A DNA stretch of 64,000 nucleotides from Octopus sinensis (Eukaryota): the NCBI RefSeq assembly GCF_006345805.1, contig NC_043000.1:100068001-100132000 (forward strand), read 5' to 3'. Position numbers and translations under genes: made by a program. Below, piece by piece: positions 1 to 11,474 of the stretch. How positions within the stretch are numbered: the first letter of the stretch is position 1; each line of letters begins with the position of its first letter. The notes beneath the pieces were generated by a model. That model did no database searches and was not told the DNA's origin. It saw only the letters and a list, made by a program, of their open reading frames with translations.

Positions 1-215
1 GGGGGGGTCTGGAAAGTTCCTGGCTTTAAGGGTGTCGCGAAAGGTGTGGGTTGGAGGCCCAACCTTCCGAGTTCTTTTACAGGACTTAGAAAAACTGAAG
101 GACCGCTGCAATAAATGCGTTAATCTGAGACGGGATATGTTGAATAAAATCATAATTAACTTATCCTCCTGTATTTTCTTTTACCCAAAGCCAAGAACAT
201 TTCAGCACTCCCTTG
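1..215 (+). mobile_element. Mariner-derived MITE (left end cut by window edge)
   Basis: Begins ggggtctggaaagttcctggcttt and ends aaagccaagaacatttcagcactcccttg-TA (imperfect TIR, TA target). Retains a mariner-like C-terminal peptide LEKLKDRCNKCVNLRRD. An inverted copy lies at 6274-6473. Confidence 0.8.
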
Positions 216-521
216 TATGCATGCATGTATGTATGTATGTATGTATGTATTATGTATGTATGTATGTATTATGTATGTATGTATGTATACCGCACGTCGA
301 CTGTTGGCGATTTTTCCTTATTTTTCCTTCTTTTTCTTTGGACTTTCCTGCTTCGGACGAAGAGCTATGCTTGAAACGTTAACAACAATCCTTTCCCTTC
401 ATCGAGAGTCTAATTACTATATTTCTTGTGCACGCCCTCACGTTCGTTTTTCTTTCTTTTCTTTTTAAAGTTTTTTTTATTTGTCTGTTTATTTGAATTA
501 ACTATATATACTCCTTTAGTC

Positions 522-925
522 TTTTTACTCTTTTACTTGTTTCAGTCATTTGACTGTGGCCATGCTGAAGCACCGCCTTTAGTCGATCGAGAAAATCGAC
601 CTCAAGATTTATTCTTTGTAAGCCTAGTACTTATTCTATCGGTCTCTTTTGCCGAACTGCTAAGTTACGGGGACATAAACACACCAGCATCGGTTGTCAA
701 GCGATGTTGGGGGGACAAACACAGACACACAAACATATACACACACATACATACATATATATACATATAAACGACGGGCTTCTTTCAGTTTCCGTCTACC
801 ATATCCACTCACAAGGCTTTGGTCGGACCGAGGCTATAGTGAAAGACACTTGCCCAAGATGCCACGCAGTGGGACTGAACCCGGAACCATGTAGTTTGTA
901 AGCAAGCTAATTACCACACAGCCAC
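522..925 (-). mobile_element. tRNA-derived SINE family A (CORE-like box, octopus OR2-like), full length
   Basis: Minus strand reads gtggctgtgtggtaat..ggttccgggttcagtcccactgcgtggcatcttgggcaagtgtc (A/B boxes plus a ttgggcaagt box like the MIR CORE), internal CA/TA microsatellite, tail ending gactgaaacaagtaaaagagtaaaa. The family name is inference. Confidence 0.85.
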
Positions 926-1259
926 ATAATATTGTAAACCAATGGTAAAAGAATATTATAACTAAAACCGTAAGTCCGAAAATAAACCAAAAATAATTCT
1001 ACCACTTCCACAAAATTAACGACTTCCTTCCTCTCGGAGTACGTGTGTTTGAAAAGGTTTAACTAAAGCGTTCACACACTAGATAAAAAAGCTTCTTCCC
1101 CTAAAAAAGGTTAGTAACATCCTCATAAAAGATTTTATATTTAAAAAAAATAATTAAAAAAAAGATCACATTTACACTTCAAAAACTGCATTAAGTAATC
1201 CTCATATTAAGTAATCCTCACTTTCAAATATATGTGTGAGTGTGTGTGTGTGTATGTGT

Positions 1260-1295
<36 letters not shown>

Positions 1296-1559
1296 CAAAA
1301 ATACATTCATACATTCACATAGAAGACGGTAAATAACTGAAAACCTATGTAAAATAAAAAGAATGCTAACCTTCCTATCGATATCGATCCCTCAGCAATT
1401 GATCTCACTTAAGTTAAGTAGACTTCTTGAATTCCCATTGCCATTGTCTCTAGACAGGTCTACCGTTGGAGTCACCACAAGTGATTGTGTCGCCATTATA
1501 AGTAGTATCCTTTAACCTTCAAAACAACCTCTCGAAAATCTGCTCTCACCTCTTTCAAG

Positions 1560-2285
1560 TATTTCTTTCTTTTCTTATCCTCATTTTCCTTCGTTTAGTC
1601 ATTTCTTTTCTTCCTTCTACTTTTTATTCCCTTTTGTTTTCTTTTTTCTCCTCGAACGTTCTTCCCTTCTCTTCATTCTTTTTTTTTTTATCCACTATTC
1701 TTCGTTCGTTCTTCCGTTCTTCCCTTCCTTCGTTCCTTATTTTCTTCTTTTCTTCTTCCCTTCCTTCTTCCCTTATTTCCTCCTTTCCTTTCACCTTCCT
1801 TCCTTCCTTCCTTCCTTCCTTCCTACCCCTATTTCATTCCTTATTTCCTCCCTTTCGTCCTTCTCTTATTTCCTTCCCTCCATCTCTTATTTTATTGCTT
1901 CATTATATCTTCCTTCATCTCTTTCTTACTTTTAATATTTTCTTTCTTCCTTTCTTTTCTCGTCTCCATACTTTCTTTTCTTCCCTTTCCTTTTTACACC
2001 CTTTCTTTCTTTCGCTTTTTCCTTTTATGTCCCTTCTTTCTTTTCTTTCTTCCTTTTTCTAATTCTTTCTTTCTTTCCTTTTATGTCCCTTCTTTCTTTT
2101 CTTTCTTCCTTTTTCTAATTCTTTCTTTCTTTTTTATTCTCTCTATCCTCGTCTTCTTTTTTCCTGGTCAAATATCTATTTACCCCTTTCCAGTCAAAGC
2201 ACCACAGCAAATATTTCTGGTCAAAACTCTCTTCCTTTTCTCTTCTCTTCCCCCCTCTCTCCCCTTTCTTTCCCTTATCTAACTT
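1560..2285. repeat. Polypyrimidine (CT-rich) low-complexity tract with a ~55-bp local tandem duplication near 2010-2130
   Basis: Sequence is almost entirely C/T; the block tccttttatgtcccttctttctttttctttcttcctttttctaattctttct occurs twice. Confidence 0.9.
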
Positions 2286-2764
2286 TCAAAACTCTCAAAC
2301 AAATTTTTGCCAATTACTTAGCCTCTGTCATCGATCTACTTGTATCATCTCGACGATATCCGTGTATTCCGGACAAAGAGAGAAAGAAGAAAGAAAGAAA
2401 GAATCGTAAAATTTCTCCAGCCGTTATTGATTTCACGTGAGTACTTGACAACGGGAATTTGGGAATTTTGAACTTATTAAGAAATACACTGGCAATTAAC
2501 AACATTGAAATATTGACTTCGATTGAACAACACTCCATTGATTATATTGATAATTGCCTCATTGCTAAGGACATGACTTAACTTTCATCTTATTGAATCC
2601 TGAAACTCAATCACTTCTCTTCGTATGGAAATAAAATATCATGAGAGCTTGTTTTGGTATGTGAATAATTGTACTTAAAATCATAAGTATGAAATATTGA
2701 GCAGCATGCCATATTATATTGATAAAATAACCCCTGTCTCTTTGTATACATACATCGTATACAT

Positions 2765-2794
2765 ACATACGTACATACACACATACATACATTC

Positions 2795-2858
<64 letters not shown>

Positions 2859-2929
2859 TACATACATATATACAATATATATATATATTATATATATATA
2901 TTATATATATATATACATACATATATACA

Positions 2930-2960
<31 letters not shown>

Positions 2961-2970
2961 CATATATACA

Positions 2971-3003
<33 letters not shown>

Positions 3004-3013
3004 ATATATACAC

Positions 3014-3044
<31 letters not shown>

Positions 3045-3050
3045 ATAATA
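2765..3050. repeat. Compound (CATA)n/(TA)n microsatellite
   Basis: Seen directly. Confidence 0.95.
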
Positions 3051-3129
3051 ATAATAAATATTAGGGAATAAATCCAAATTTACAGGGAAAAAATCAGATT
3101 TAGGATTAAATCGATTTATAGTAAAATAT

Positions 3130-3455
3130 TATAAAATATTATTCGAGACAAAACCACTATTTTGCAAAACAAACAAGGAAAGACTTAATTAATACATAAA
3201 ATTTTAATAAATAGTCAAAAAAACCGCCACTACAATCGTTTCTTGTCTTGATCGACAATCTTCCAATAATTCAGTGTCAAATTATGAAGTAATTTGACAC
3301 TGAATTATTGGAAGTCCACCTGAAGATTGTCGATCAAGACAAGAAACGATTGTAGTGGCGGTTTTTTTGACTATTTATTAAAATTTTATGTATTAATTAA
3401 GTCTTTCCTTGTTTGTTTTGCAAAATAGTGGTTTTGTCTCGAATAATATTTTATA
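3130..3455. repeat. Perfect inverted repeat (134-bp arms 3130-3263 / 3322-3455) with a nested 25-bp hairpin (3260-3284 / 3290-3314); probably a Penelope-like element end
   Basis: Arms match base for base as reverse complements. The PLE origin is inferred from the hammerhead motif and the known inverted pLTR structures of PLEs. Confidence 0.9.
3316..3358 (+). ncRNA. Candidate minimal type-I hammerhead ribozyme
   Basis: CCAC[stem I]-CTGAAGA-TTGTC(GATCAA)GACAA[stem II]-GAAA-C(GATT)G-TA|GTGG[stem I]. All core nucleotides are present; predicted cleavage is after A3354. Confidence 0.75.
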
Positions 3456-4189
3456 TATATATATATATATATATAGACTTACTATTAACAAAATTTGAAT
3501 GTGTGGCGTTCAGTTACTCAATAAATGAAAAATGCATTAAATACAACAAAACGCAGGACAGACAGAGAAGGACCCTAATTCTTCATCAGTTATCGACCAA
3601 AAATACTAATACTCAGTTTCGTGCCTTTAACAATAAGACTGAGAACTTCGTATATCAGCGGTACCCGCAAGATTTGCATAGAATTAGAGTTCGAGCAAGC
3701 AAGACAATACAGGGTGAAAGTACGAAAGTAAGCAAACGTAAGTTGAAGCGATAGTCGAAGGCACAATAAATAAAGCCTTTTGGCTAAACACAAGAAGGAT
3801 GGGTCACGTCTAGAAGAAATCCTCGATGGATATAAAAAGAGAAATAGTAAGAAAGGAGAAAATGTTGACCGGGCAGTGTCTTTCGGCTTTAACTGTATGT
3901 AAAAGTGTTTTACGAGCATATCTTAATTTCATCTTTTCTTCTTTCACTTGTTTTAACTATCGGAATGCGGCCATGCTAGAACACAAGATTCAAGTATTTT
4001 GAATCGATTATATCAACCTCAGTACTTTGCCTGGTCCTTCTTCCATCGTTCTCGTAAGATACGAAATGCAAGGTGATCATTGACGTAAAAGGAAATAATC
4101 CAATCGAGCTCAGATATTGTATGGAATTTCTGTTCTGATACATTCCACGTTTGAGCCTCATTTAGATATCATCGAATAGTCTCCCCAAC

Positions 4190-4400
4190 TCTTTTTTGTC
4201 CTCCATCACATCTACAAAAGATTTCTTGAAAGTCTTTGTCTCCATCCTCCACTCCACTCTGCAACTTTTGCACCTCTTTGACCAGGTCTGCCTCTTCCGC
4301 TTTTACCATGTATATATTCCCGGAGTAATAGTTAACATCAATTTAGTGTTCTCTTCGCAGTTTCCTCAAAACTTAAGCCTGCGTTATTTTATGGTTTCTC
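4190..4400 (-). mobile_element. Decayed RTE-like LINE 3' ORF fragment
   Basis: Minus-strand peptide LLLREYIHGKSGRGRP resembles the RTE C-terminal G-K-R-x-R-G-R-P motif; many stops. Confidence 0.4.
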
Positions 4401-4482
4401 TTGATAATGGCATATTTTCATATAAAACAATGTTCACACACACACACACACACATACACACACACACATACATTTATGTATA

Positions 4483-4782
4483 CAGTGTAACCTCGGTTAA
4501 CGAATTTAATTCGTTACTGAAAAAACCTTTCATCACCCAAAATGTTCGTAAACCCAACCTGTTTTTCTCACAGGAAAAGCACGATGAATTCGAGCAGGGA
4601 TGTGCGCTGAGTTAAAGCTAAACAGTAACTGACGCTCCCCGCTGGTACTTCCAGTTTGTTGCCAACGATCATTGCCAGCTTGCCTGTTCGTTACTCGAGA
4701 TCCCGAGACAGTTTGTATTCGAAAGATTGTTCGTATGCTGATTTGTCCGCGATGAGAGGTGTTCATAAACAAGATTCCACCG
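4483..4782. mobile_element. Tigger/pogo-type MITE
   Basis: TA|CAGTGTAACCTCGGTTAACGAA ... TTCATAAACAAGATTCCACCG|TA; imperfect TIRs with TA duplication. Confidence 0.7.
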
Positions 4783-5269
4783 TATACGTGACAGGATGCT
4801 CTCGACAATTAAACTATTCATGGTCCAGCACTAATGTTTATTGCATTAAACTCATTTTCACAGGTCTTCCGCAATCGAGGGTTGCTTATGACGTAATACA
4901 AAGCGCACATCAATAATAAGAAAGAACATAGACTTTAAAGGAGTACCAAGTCAGAACCCGTGTTCTTTTATATTTGTGTGTGTGTGTGTGTGTGTGTGTG
5001 TACAAATAAGTGCAACTCACCCGTATAAGCATGAGAAGTCGCCGTCTCAGTAGGATCTGAGCATCACGCGATCCTGATTGCTCACTTTCTATTGTTATTG
5101 GAAAATAATTCTTTCGAGAATTCCTATTATGTTCGGTATTAGACAAGCTAAGAAACCATCTCACGTCTTCTTGAAAACTTGATTTGAGTTATTGATAGAT
5201 TACTGCTGTGAGTTTCCACCGCCACTTTACCGTTTAAGTGTCTAAACATATTGTTCTCTTATTCCTCTT

Positions 5270-6130
5270 TCAGATAACATAGAAGTCCCATGTCGGCAAT
5301 TTGGAGAACCGTGAAACTAATCTCTTTCGGAAGTGGGGAGGGGCAACTTGTATTTTACTAGCGTTTGGTTTGGGATAGTTCTTGCATTTTTGTGTTTGTT
5401 CTTTTTCTTTGTTCTCTTCCCGATATACTGCAATCTCTCTCCGGGCCTTATTTTCTCCCCCATTCTCATGCAATAATGAAGTGGAGTTAATAGTCATGGC
5501 TCTAACCGGCACTATGGTGAAGAATCGCCTTTTAATTTCATGGTATTCAATCTGATTGTCGGCCTCTGGGACTATGGTCGAGGCGGTTTCTTCCTACCAA
5601 TAATCTTCGGAGCTGCATTTATAATGCTTAGGAAATAACCTCCTCTGTGGTCTGTTGTTGTTGTCGTTATTGTTTTGCTACTGCTGCCTCTACTGTTGTC
5701 CCCTACTCTCTTCTGCTTCTCTATCTATTACTATTCCCTATTCTCACCTTCTAGGCAGAATGTCCTCGGATAAATCTTGTTCCTTTTTTTTTTTCATATG
5801 TTTTTCTGTTGTAGCACCTGGGCCTTCTACTCTGCACCATCACCCTAACCTCACTCCTCTTTGTTGCGATAAAGGAGTACAACTCCTGGATAGCTTTGTG
5901 GTCTTCGTGTATCATCAAGACTTGTCTAACGATGAAGACACTACCGACCATGTTGTTGCGTGTTGCCTCCCCGCTAACCATATACTTGTATTATGCCGCA
6001 AAGGGGACGATGTATCATTTTCTCTGACTGTCTCCCTTGTGTTTCAAGTACACGTCGAGAGCACACAGAAACCCCATCAGTTGTTTTGAGAATCAGAGAT
6101 ATATCACATTTTCACCTTTTTTATTCGATA
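5270..6130 (-). mobile_element. Probable decayed LINE ORF1 (gag-like) region
   Basis: Minus-strand peptide EVRVMVQSRRPRCYN...GH resembles the ORF1 zinc-knuckle lead-in (GRRPRCYxC..GH); knuckle degenerate, many stops. Confidence 0.35.
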
Positions 6131-6273
6131 AATTCGTCTTACGTGATAACTCCACTTCATAGGGCTGAATCATGTCCAACGCCGTCTTCTGGTTCGCAAC
6201 GTTTGTTGTTAATCTTTACGCTTACGAATAATGCTCAAGATTTGATGTGAGGAGGAGAGAATAGTGGATTATA

Positions 6274-6473
6274 TGAGGAGGTACTAAATAGTTCCTGGCT
6301 CTGGGTAAAACAAAATACAGGAGAACCAGTTAATTAAGATTTTATTCCACATATTCCCCTCTCAGACTCACACACTTATTGCAGCGGTCATACTGTTTTT
6401 CTAAGCCCGGTAAAGGAACTCGGAAGGCCTTTCGCGACACCCTTAAAGCCATGAACTTTTCAGCACACCCTCG
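6274..6473 (-). mobile_element. Mariner-derived MITE (same family as 1-215)
   Basis: TA|tgaggaggtactaaatagttcctggct ... agccatgaacttttcagcacaccctcg|TA; body is the reverse complement of 1-215 with an 18-bp deletion. Confidence 0.85.
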
Positions 6474-7007
6474 TATTCATCTCAGTACTTCACTGGGACT
6501 TTCTTTTAAACTTTGAAGGTTCACAGGTAAAAGTCAAGCGATTAACCTGAAAGGGTTCAGAACTCAATACATAAGCAGACGAAACTAAATAAATAAATAA
6601 TACAAGGTATTTCGTCCGATGTTTTAATAATTCTACTGAATAAAGAAAGCATTGGTCAATGCTACATTTCCTACTACTCTTCATTTGTTTCCACAGTTTT
6701 TCACCAGCAAAATATAATCGTTATATTTCAATATTTCCTGACCACATCAATATTACGGTTCGATATTACAGTTCGATATTACGATTCTAAAGAGCAAGGT
6801 TTTTTTTTTAATTTCTTTTTTTCACCCACTTTTGTCCTACATAGTTCATACCAATGTTTCTCTTCATGTTTTGCTTCCGTATTTGTATACTTTGCCTTCG
6901 ATAATATTCCATTTTGTTCTCTATTTTAAATATCGAAGGAAAATAAAATTCTCACGAAAAAATTTCTTCGGAAGTATTTGATATATTATAATCGAAAATA
7001 TTTAATA

Positions 7008-7165
7008 AGCACAAGCGTGGCTGTGTGTTAAGACGTTAGCTTTCCAACTACTCAATTCCGTGTTAAATTTCTCTGTAAGGTCTCTTGGGCAAGTATCTCT
7101 AACTATAGCCCCTCCGGTCAAAACCCTGTGTGCGGACTTGATAGGCGGAAAATGAAAGATGTCCT
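7008..7165 (+). mobile_element. SINE family A, 5' part
   Basis: gcgtggctgtgtgttaag...cttgggcaagtatct...ggaaaatgaaaga, running into (TA)n. Confidence 0.75.
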
Positions 7166-7177
7166 TTATATATATAT

Positions 7178-7244
<67 letters not shown>

Positions 7245-7246
<2 letters not shown>

Positions 7247-7430
7247 CTAGCAGAATACCCGTCGTTGATCGGGTAATTACCTTTACTTTTCCTCGGGAGC
7301 CACATTCAAAGTGTTATTATATATAAAGATTTACTCCTCCTGTATGTGTGTTTTTTATAAGAAAAAATGTAATAATTGAAGTAAAAAAAAAGAGGATCAG
7401 TTTCATACACGAACTTCTGCTTGTTTATCA
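7245..7430 (+). mobile_element. Helitron/Helentron-like non-autonomous fragment
   Basis: 5' end actagcagaatACCCGtcgttgatCGGGT (small hairpin), same style as tactagcagtgtcgcccggcgttgctcggg at 49975-50008 (minus). Confidence 0.45.
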
Positions 7431-7497
7431 TACGACAATAATAAGTAGTTGTATGTGTTATTTTATACATCAATGTAGTAATGGCAATTATATAATA

Positions 7498-7617
7498 CAC
7501 AAGGCTTTGGTCGGCACGAAGCTGTAATGAAAGAGACTTGCCCAACGTGCCGCACGGCGGGACTGAACCCAAGGCGACATGGTTAGAAAGCAAGCTTCTC
7601 GAAAACACAGCCACGCC
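7498..7617 (-). mobile_element. SINE family A, head fragment
   Basis: Reverse complement of ggcgtggctgtgt...gggttcagtcccgcc...ttgggcaagtc...gaccaaagccttgt. Confidence 0.8.
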
Positions 7618-7762
7618 AAAAAAAAAAAAAGGAGAGATACATTTTGGATAATATACTCCTTGATACACTATGCTTAACGAAAAGATGGGATGTTTACAGT
7701 GAGAAGAACTTTGATTTCAATATATACCTGAGTAACGCAACAACTCACAACGCTACACCATA

Positions 7763-8246
7763 CAGGGTGTTCCAGAACTGACTATCTGTTTCAATGAAAT
7801 TGAGCAAATTAAAAAAACAAACTGACAGACTTTTATGTTTATTACCAAAACAAATGGATTTATAAATCTTACGTCAAACTGTTATAGAAAATTTTCAACA
7901 TGTCTGTATCCCTGCATACTTCAAATCTCTCCTTAGTGTTGTGAAATGCATTTTGAAGCATTTCAGGAGTTAGCTCCTGCACTGCTAACTGAATGCGTTC
8001 TTTAATCTTAGCTAAGCGATTGCTCCATCTTGGGGATAGAGGTAAAGGAAATGATTGCTGCCAATTTTTAAAAAAGAGCTGTCATGGACGAAGAGGGGTC
8101 CAACAGGAATGAGAATAAAATTATAAACAAAACTCAAAATTTATACACTTTTAACAAATATTAAGCATGATAAACATAAATAAAAGTGAGTTTTTAAAAA
8201 ATGCATCCGATTTCACTCAAATCATCATTAATTCTGGGACATCCTG
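7763..8246 (-). mobile_element. Internally deleted Tc1/mariner element (MITE-like)
   Basis: TA|CAGGGTGTTCCAGAA ... TTCTGGGACATCCTG|TA. The minus strand keeps the transposase C-terminus KIKERIQLAVQELTPEMLQNAFHNTKERFEVC. Confidence 0.85.
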
Positions 8247-8430
8247 TATTTACTCGTCTGACTAAACGGGGGAGAGAACACGGGGACGGGACTAATTGCA
8301 GGTGGCGAGCGTAGCTTCCGGAAGTGGTCAGGCGGTCAAACTCAAATGACTGTGAGTCACAACAGCAGTTTTTTTTTTGTAAGAACATTTTGCATTATAT
8401 AGTTCAGACACGGGTGACATAGATGGCAGA

Positions 8431-8554
8431 CATGCTGCCGGGCCATGCTGCCGGGTCATGCTGCCGGGCCATGCTGCCGGGCCATGCTGCCGGGCCATGC
8501 TGCCGGGCCATGCTGCCGGGCCATGCTGCCGGGCCATGCTGCGGGCCATGCTGC
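8431..8554. repeat. GC-rich 13-bp minisatellite (CATGCTGCCGGGC): 8 full units, one 12-bp unit, one partial
   Basis: Seen directly; only one substitution (unit 2) and one deletion. Confidence 0.95.
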
Positions 8555-9039
8555 GTGTGCAGGATTGGAAAAGTGAAACATCAACAGGGCACTTCTGGAG
8601 AATGAATGAATGGGTTTGTTGTGCCTTTACCAAGCCGCACACACATGAACATGGCCTGTTGGTGAGGGGGATAGTAACACGAAACATCAACAGGGCGTCG
8701 ACAAAAATTTTAATGTTCTCATTTCCTTTGTCAAATTGGACAAAACGTTTTTCATGAAATATACGCTACTTATAATGCAGAAGTAGTGTCAATATTTTAT
8801 CGTAGGAAAATGGCCTAAAACAAAGATAAAACCCAGTCCAGTATACTCAAATCTGATTAATCTGCATTTTTGGTGGGGCTCATAGTCAACGTCGGAAATT
8901 GTTTTAGTCAACAGCAATTCGAAGAGCCTGATTAATGTTTGTTGCAAATTTGGAGGAAAGCGACTGGATGCACTTCAAGTTACGGGCCTTAAAGCCGCGA
9001 AAAGTCTTTAAAAATGCGGTTTAACTGCCCTTGGACCCG

Positions 9040-9190
9040 CATTAGGCAAGACGTTGAAAATGTTTTGGGCCATAACACTGACCATATATAATGCGAATGT
9101 AAAATTTCATTAAAATCGGTTGGGTGATATTGAGTTTTAACGATATGACGAACACAGACAGACACACATCCTGTGTTTTATGTAGATAGA
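9040..9190 (+). mobile_element. Helentron/HINE-like 3' end
   Basis: aaatttcattaaaatcggttgggtg...acagacagacacacatcctgtgttttatgtagatagat resembles the 3' architecture of Helentron-associated non-autonomous elements. Confidence 0.5.
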
Positions 9191-9583
9191 TATAAGTGTG
9201 TCTGTGCGTATGTGTGTGCATGAATATACATACATACATACATACATACATACATACATGTGCGTGTGTGTGTGTGTGTGCGTTAGAATAAAAAAAATTT
9301 AAAGAGTGGGAAATCCATACACTACTGTGAAGTTTAATATTTTTATTCGATAGGTGAATTCTTTTAGGTCTTCTGAAAATACCGATTCCATTGGAACCAG
9401 CTGTAGAGTATTTGGGAATAATCCATTTGTGCGTGTGTTTGCTTGTGTGCATGTATATGTATGTGTGTACAAATATATATACCAACCTATCTACCTACAT
9501 ATATACATACATACATACATACATACATACATACATACATACATACATACATACATACGTATATATATAAATATATATATATT

Positions 9584-10346
9584 ATGGTGTGGTGAATATA
9601 TTGTCGTCTAGATTACGCAAAAATGAAAATAACCCTGACATCTCATTTTAACAGTTTTATTTACCAAAATTACATAAAAATATCTTGAAATACTAAAGAG
9701 TAAATGTAATCAATAAAATCGCCATTGCCTTCAACTACGGCCTCCAGACGACTTCCGAATCTCCTGCAACTCTTCTGGACGACACATAATAATCAAGGGG
9801 GTTTCAGTTAGGGGAGCTAGGTGACCGGATGTCAGGTGTGATGTGGTCGCAGAAATTGTCTAACAGCCATGACTGGGTTCTGTTGCTTGTATGGCATGGT
9901 GTAGAGTCCTGTTGCCAGACATTGGGTCTTCCAGCAGCCATCTTCTTGACCGACAGCAGCACTACCTCCTCCAGACACTTGATGTATTACTTCGTGTTGA
10001 GTCTGAGGCCGTGTGGGAAGATGAACGGAGGCATAACGTCGCCATTACTAGTGATCACTCCAAGCACCATGATGTTGACTGGATGTTTGATTTTTATCTC
10101 TTTCGGTACATGTTTTGGGGACACGGCAAGCCAACGGTTGTTCTGGGTGTTCACTATCTGTTCGTATTGGAGCTTCCGGCGCGAATGCCAAGCAGTATAA
10201 CATGTCGTTGTCAGATTTCTGACAGAGTGAATTGCATCATGGTGCTGTTTTTCTCACAGATAGTGCCCAACTGACCCTACTATAGTGTGTAGCCGACAAA
10301 ATCAAAAGCAATGCGTAAGCGAGATTTAAAATATAAAATGGCGAGA
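9584..10346 (-). mobile_element. Internally deleted maT (D,D37D) Tc1/mariner element
   Basis: Minus strand about 10155-9708 encodes NTQNNRWLA..KHPVNIMVLGVITSNGDVMPPFIFPHGLRLNT*..WQQDSTPCHTS..SPN*NPLDYYV (37 residues between the Asps) and EAVVEGNGDFID. Degenerate TIRs near 9584 and 10346; stops and deletions present. Confidence 0.9.
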
Positions 10347-10411
10347 ATTTAAACATTGCACCCTATCTATCTATCTATCTATCTATCTACCTATTTATCT
10401 ATCTATCTATC

Positions 10412-10748
10412 TATCTGTCAAGAATTGATCTCGACGGAATTTGACCACGGAACATACAGACGGACAAAATACCGCTAGACATTTTATTCAGCATGCTAAC
10501 GACTCTGCCAGCTCGCTGCTTTATCAATAATAATATAATGATTTGAAATTTTGACACTAGGCCAGCAATTTCGAGGGAGAGGTATGTTGATTACATCGAC
10601 CCCAGTGTTCAACTGGTACTTAATTTATCGACCCCTAAAGGATGAAAGGCAAATTTAGCCTCGGTGGCATTTGAACTGAGAACGTAACGGACGAAATGCC
10701 GCTGAACATTTTACCTCACGTGCTAACGATTCTGCCTGTCGCCACCTT
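10412..10748 (-). mobile_element. Two tandem SINE family B copies
   Basis: Reverse complement of aggcggcgagctggcagaatcgttagca...gagttcaaattccgccgaggtcgactttgcctttcatcctt..gggtcgataaattaagtacc (tRNA-like head; central box resembles the Meta/MESC domain, which is inference). Confidence 0.8.
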
Positions 10749-11258
10749 AATAATACTGATAATAATAACGATAATTTATGACAACCTAAAAGGACTGAAA
10801 GAGTTAAATATACTTGAGAGATATACTGCTTTGCAAAGAAATTCTTTCGTAATACAATTTGTATTCAATGTAGTTGGAATTCTGTTTATAAATACAGGAA
10901 AGCTGGATAATCTTTTGAAGAAAAGAAACTCAAATTCCCGGAGGGAAAATAACGAATTAATTAATAAGACAGGATTATTCAAAGAATATATCTTTACATA
11001 TTAGAAGAGAGAGATAAGAGAGAAACACAGGAGAGAGGTAGTGAGAGGAAGGGAGAGAGAGAGAGGAGAAGGGGAGGGAGAGAGGGGGAGAGAGAAATAT
11101 ACATGCGTAGTAGAGTAAAAAAAGAAAATATCAAATAGCGAGCAAATTGAAGGTTTGTTGAAATGCATATCTATACTTCCATTCATATATGTCAATACTA
11201 TTCTATACGCATGAAGACATAAATACGCAACTGAAATATATATATATATATATCTAAA

Positions 11259-11378
11259 TTTTATAATTATGAGTATAATTATTATAAGGGTTCAGCAAAA
11301 ATTTGCTTCACCACATACCGATGTGGTGAAGCAAATTTTTGCTGAACCCTAATTATAATTATACTCATAGTTATAAAA
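11259..11378. repeat. Fold-back hairpin: perfect 30-bp arms 11287-11316 / 11321-11350, 4-nt loop, extending imperfectly outward
   Basis: agggttcagcaaaaatttgcttcaccacat-accg-atgtggtgaagcaaatttttgctgaaccct. Confidence 0.95.
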
Positions 11379-11474
11379 AATTTTAAGTTTACCGATAATG
11401 GTTCTTTTAACATACCGAACTTGGTAAAATTATTAATTAATTAATCAATTTTACCCTTATTATATGTATATCTT

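Noticed and set aside
2611-3071. YI/IY-, VC/HT-, YLSI-, poly-K- and poly-L-rich ORFs here and throughout the track
   Set aside because: All are microsatellite translations.
8428-8554. p53-response-element-like CATG cores
   Set aside because: Repeat units (GGCCATGCTG) miss RRRCWWGYYY at two positions; only the first half-site is close.
8328-8757. Three overlapping ORFs with repeats (MLPGHAAGPCCRA / MARQHGPAAWPGS)
   Set aside because: Translation of the 13-bp minisatellite, which has no stop codon on either strand; no coding evidence.
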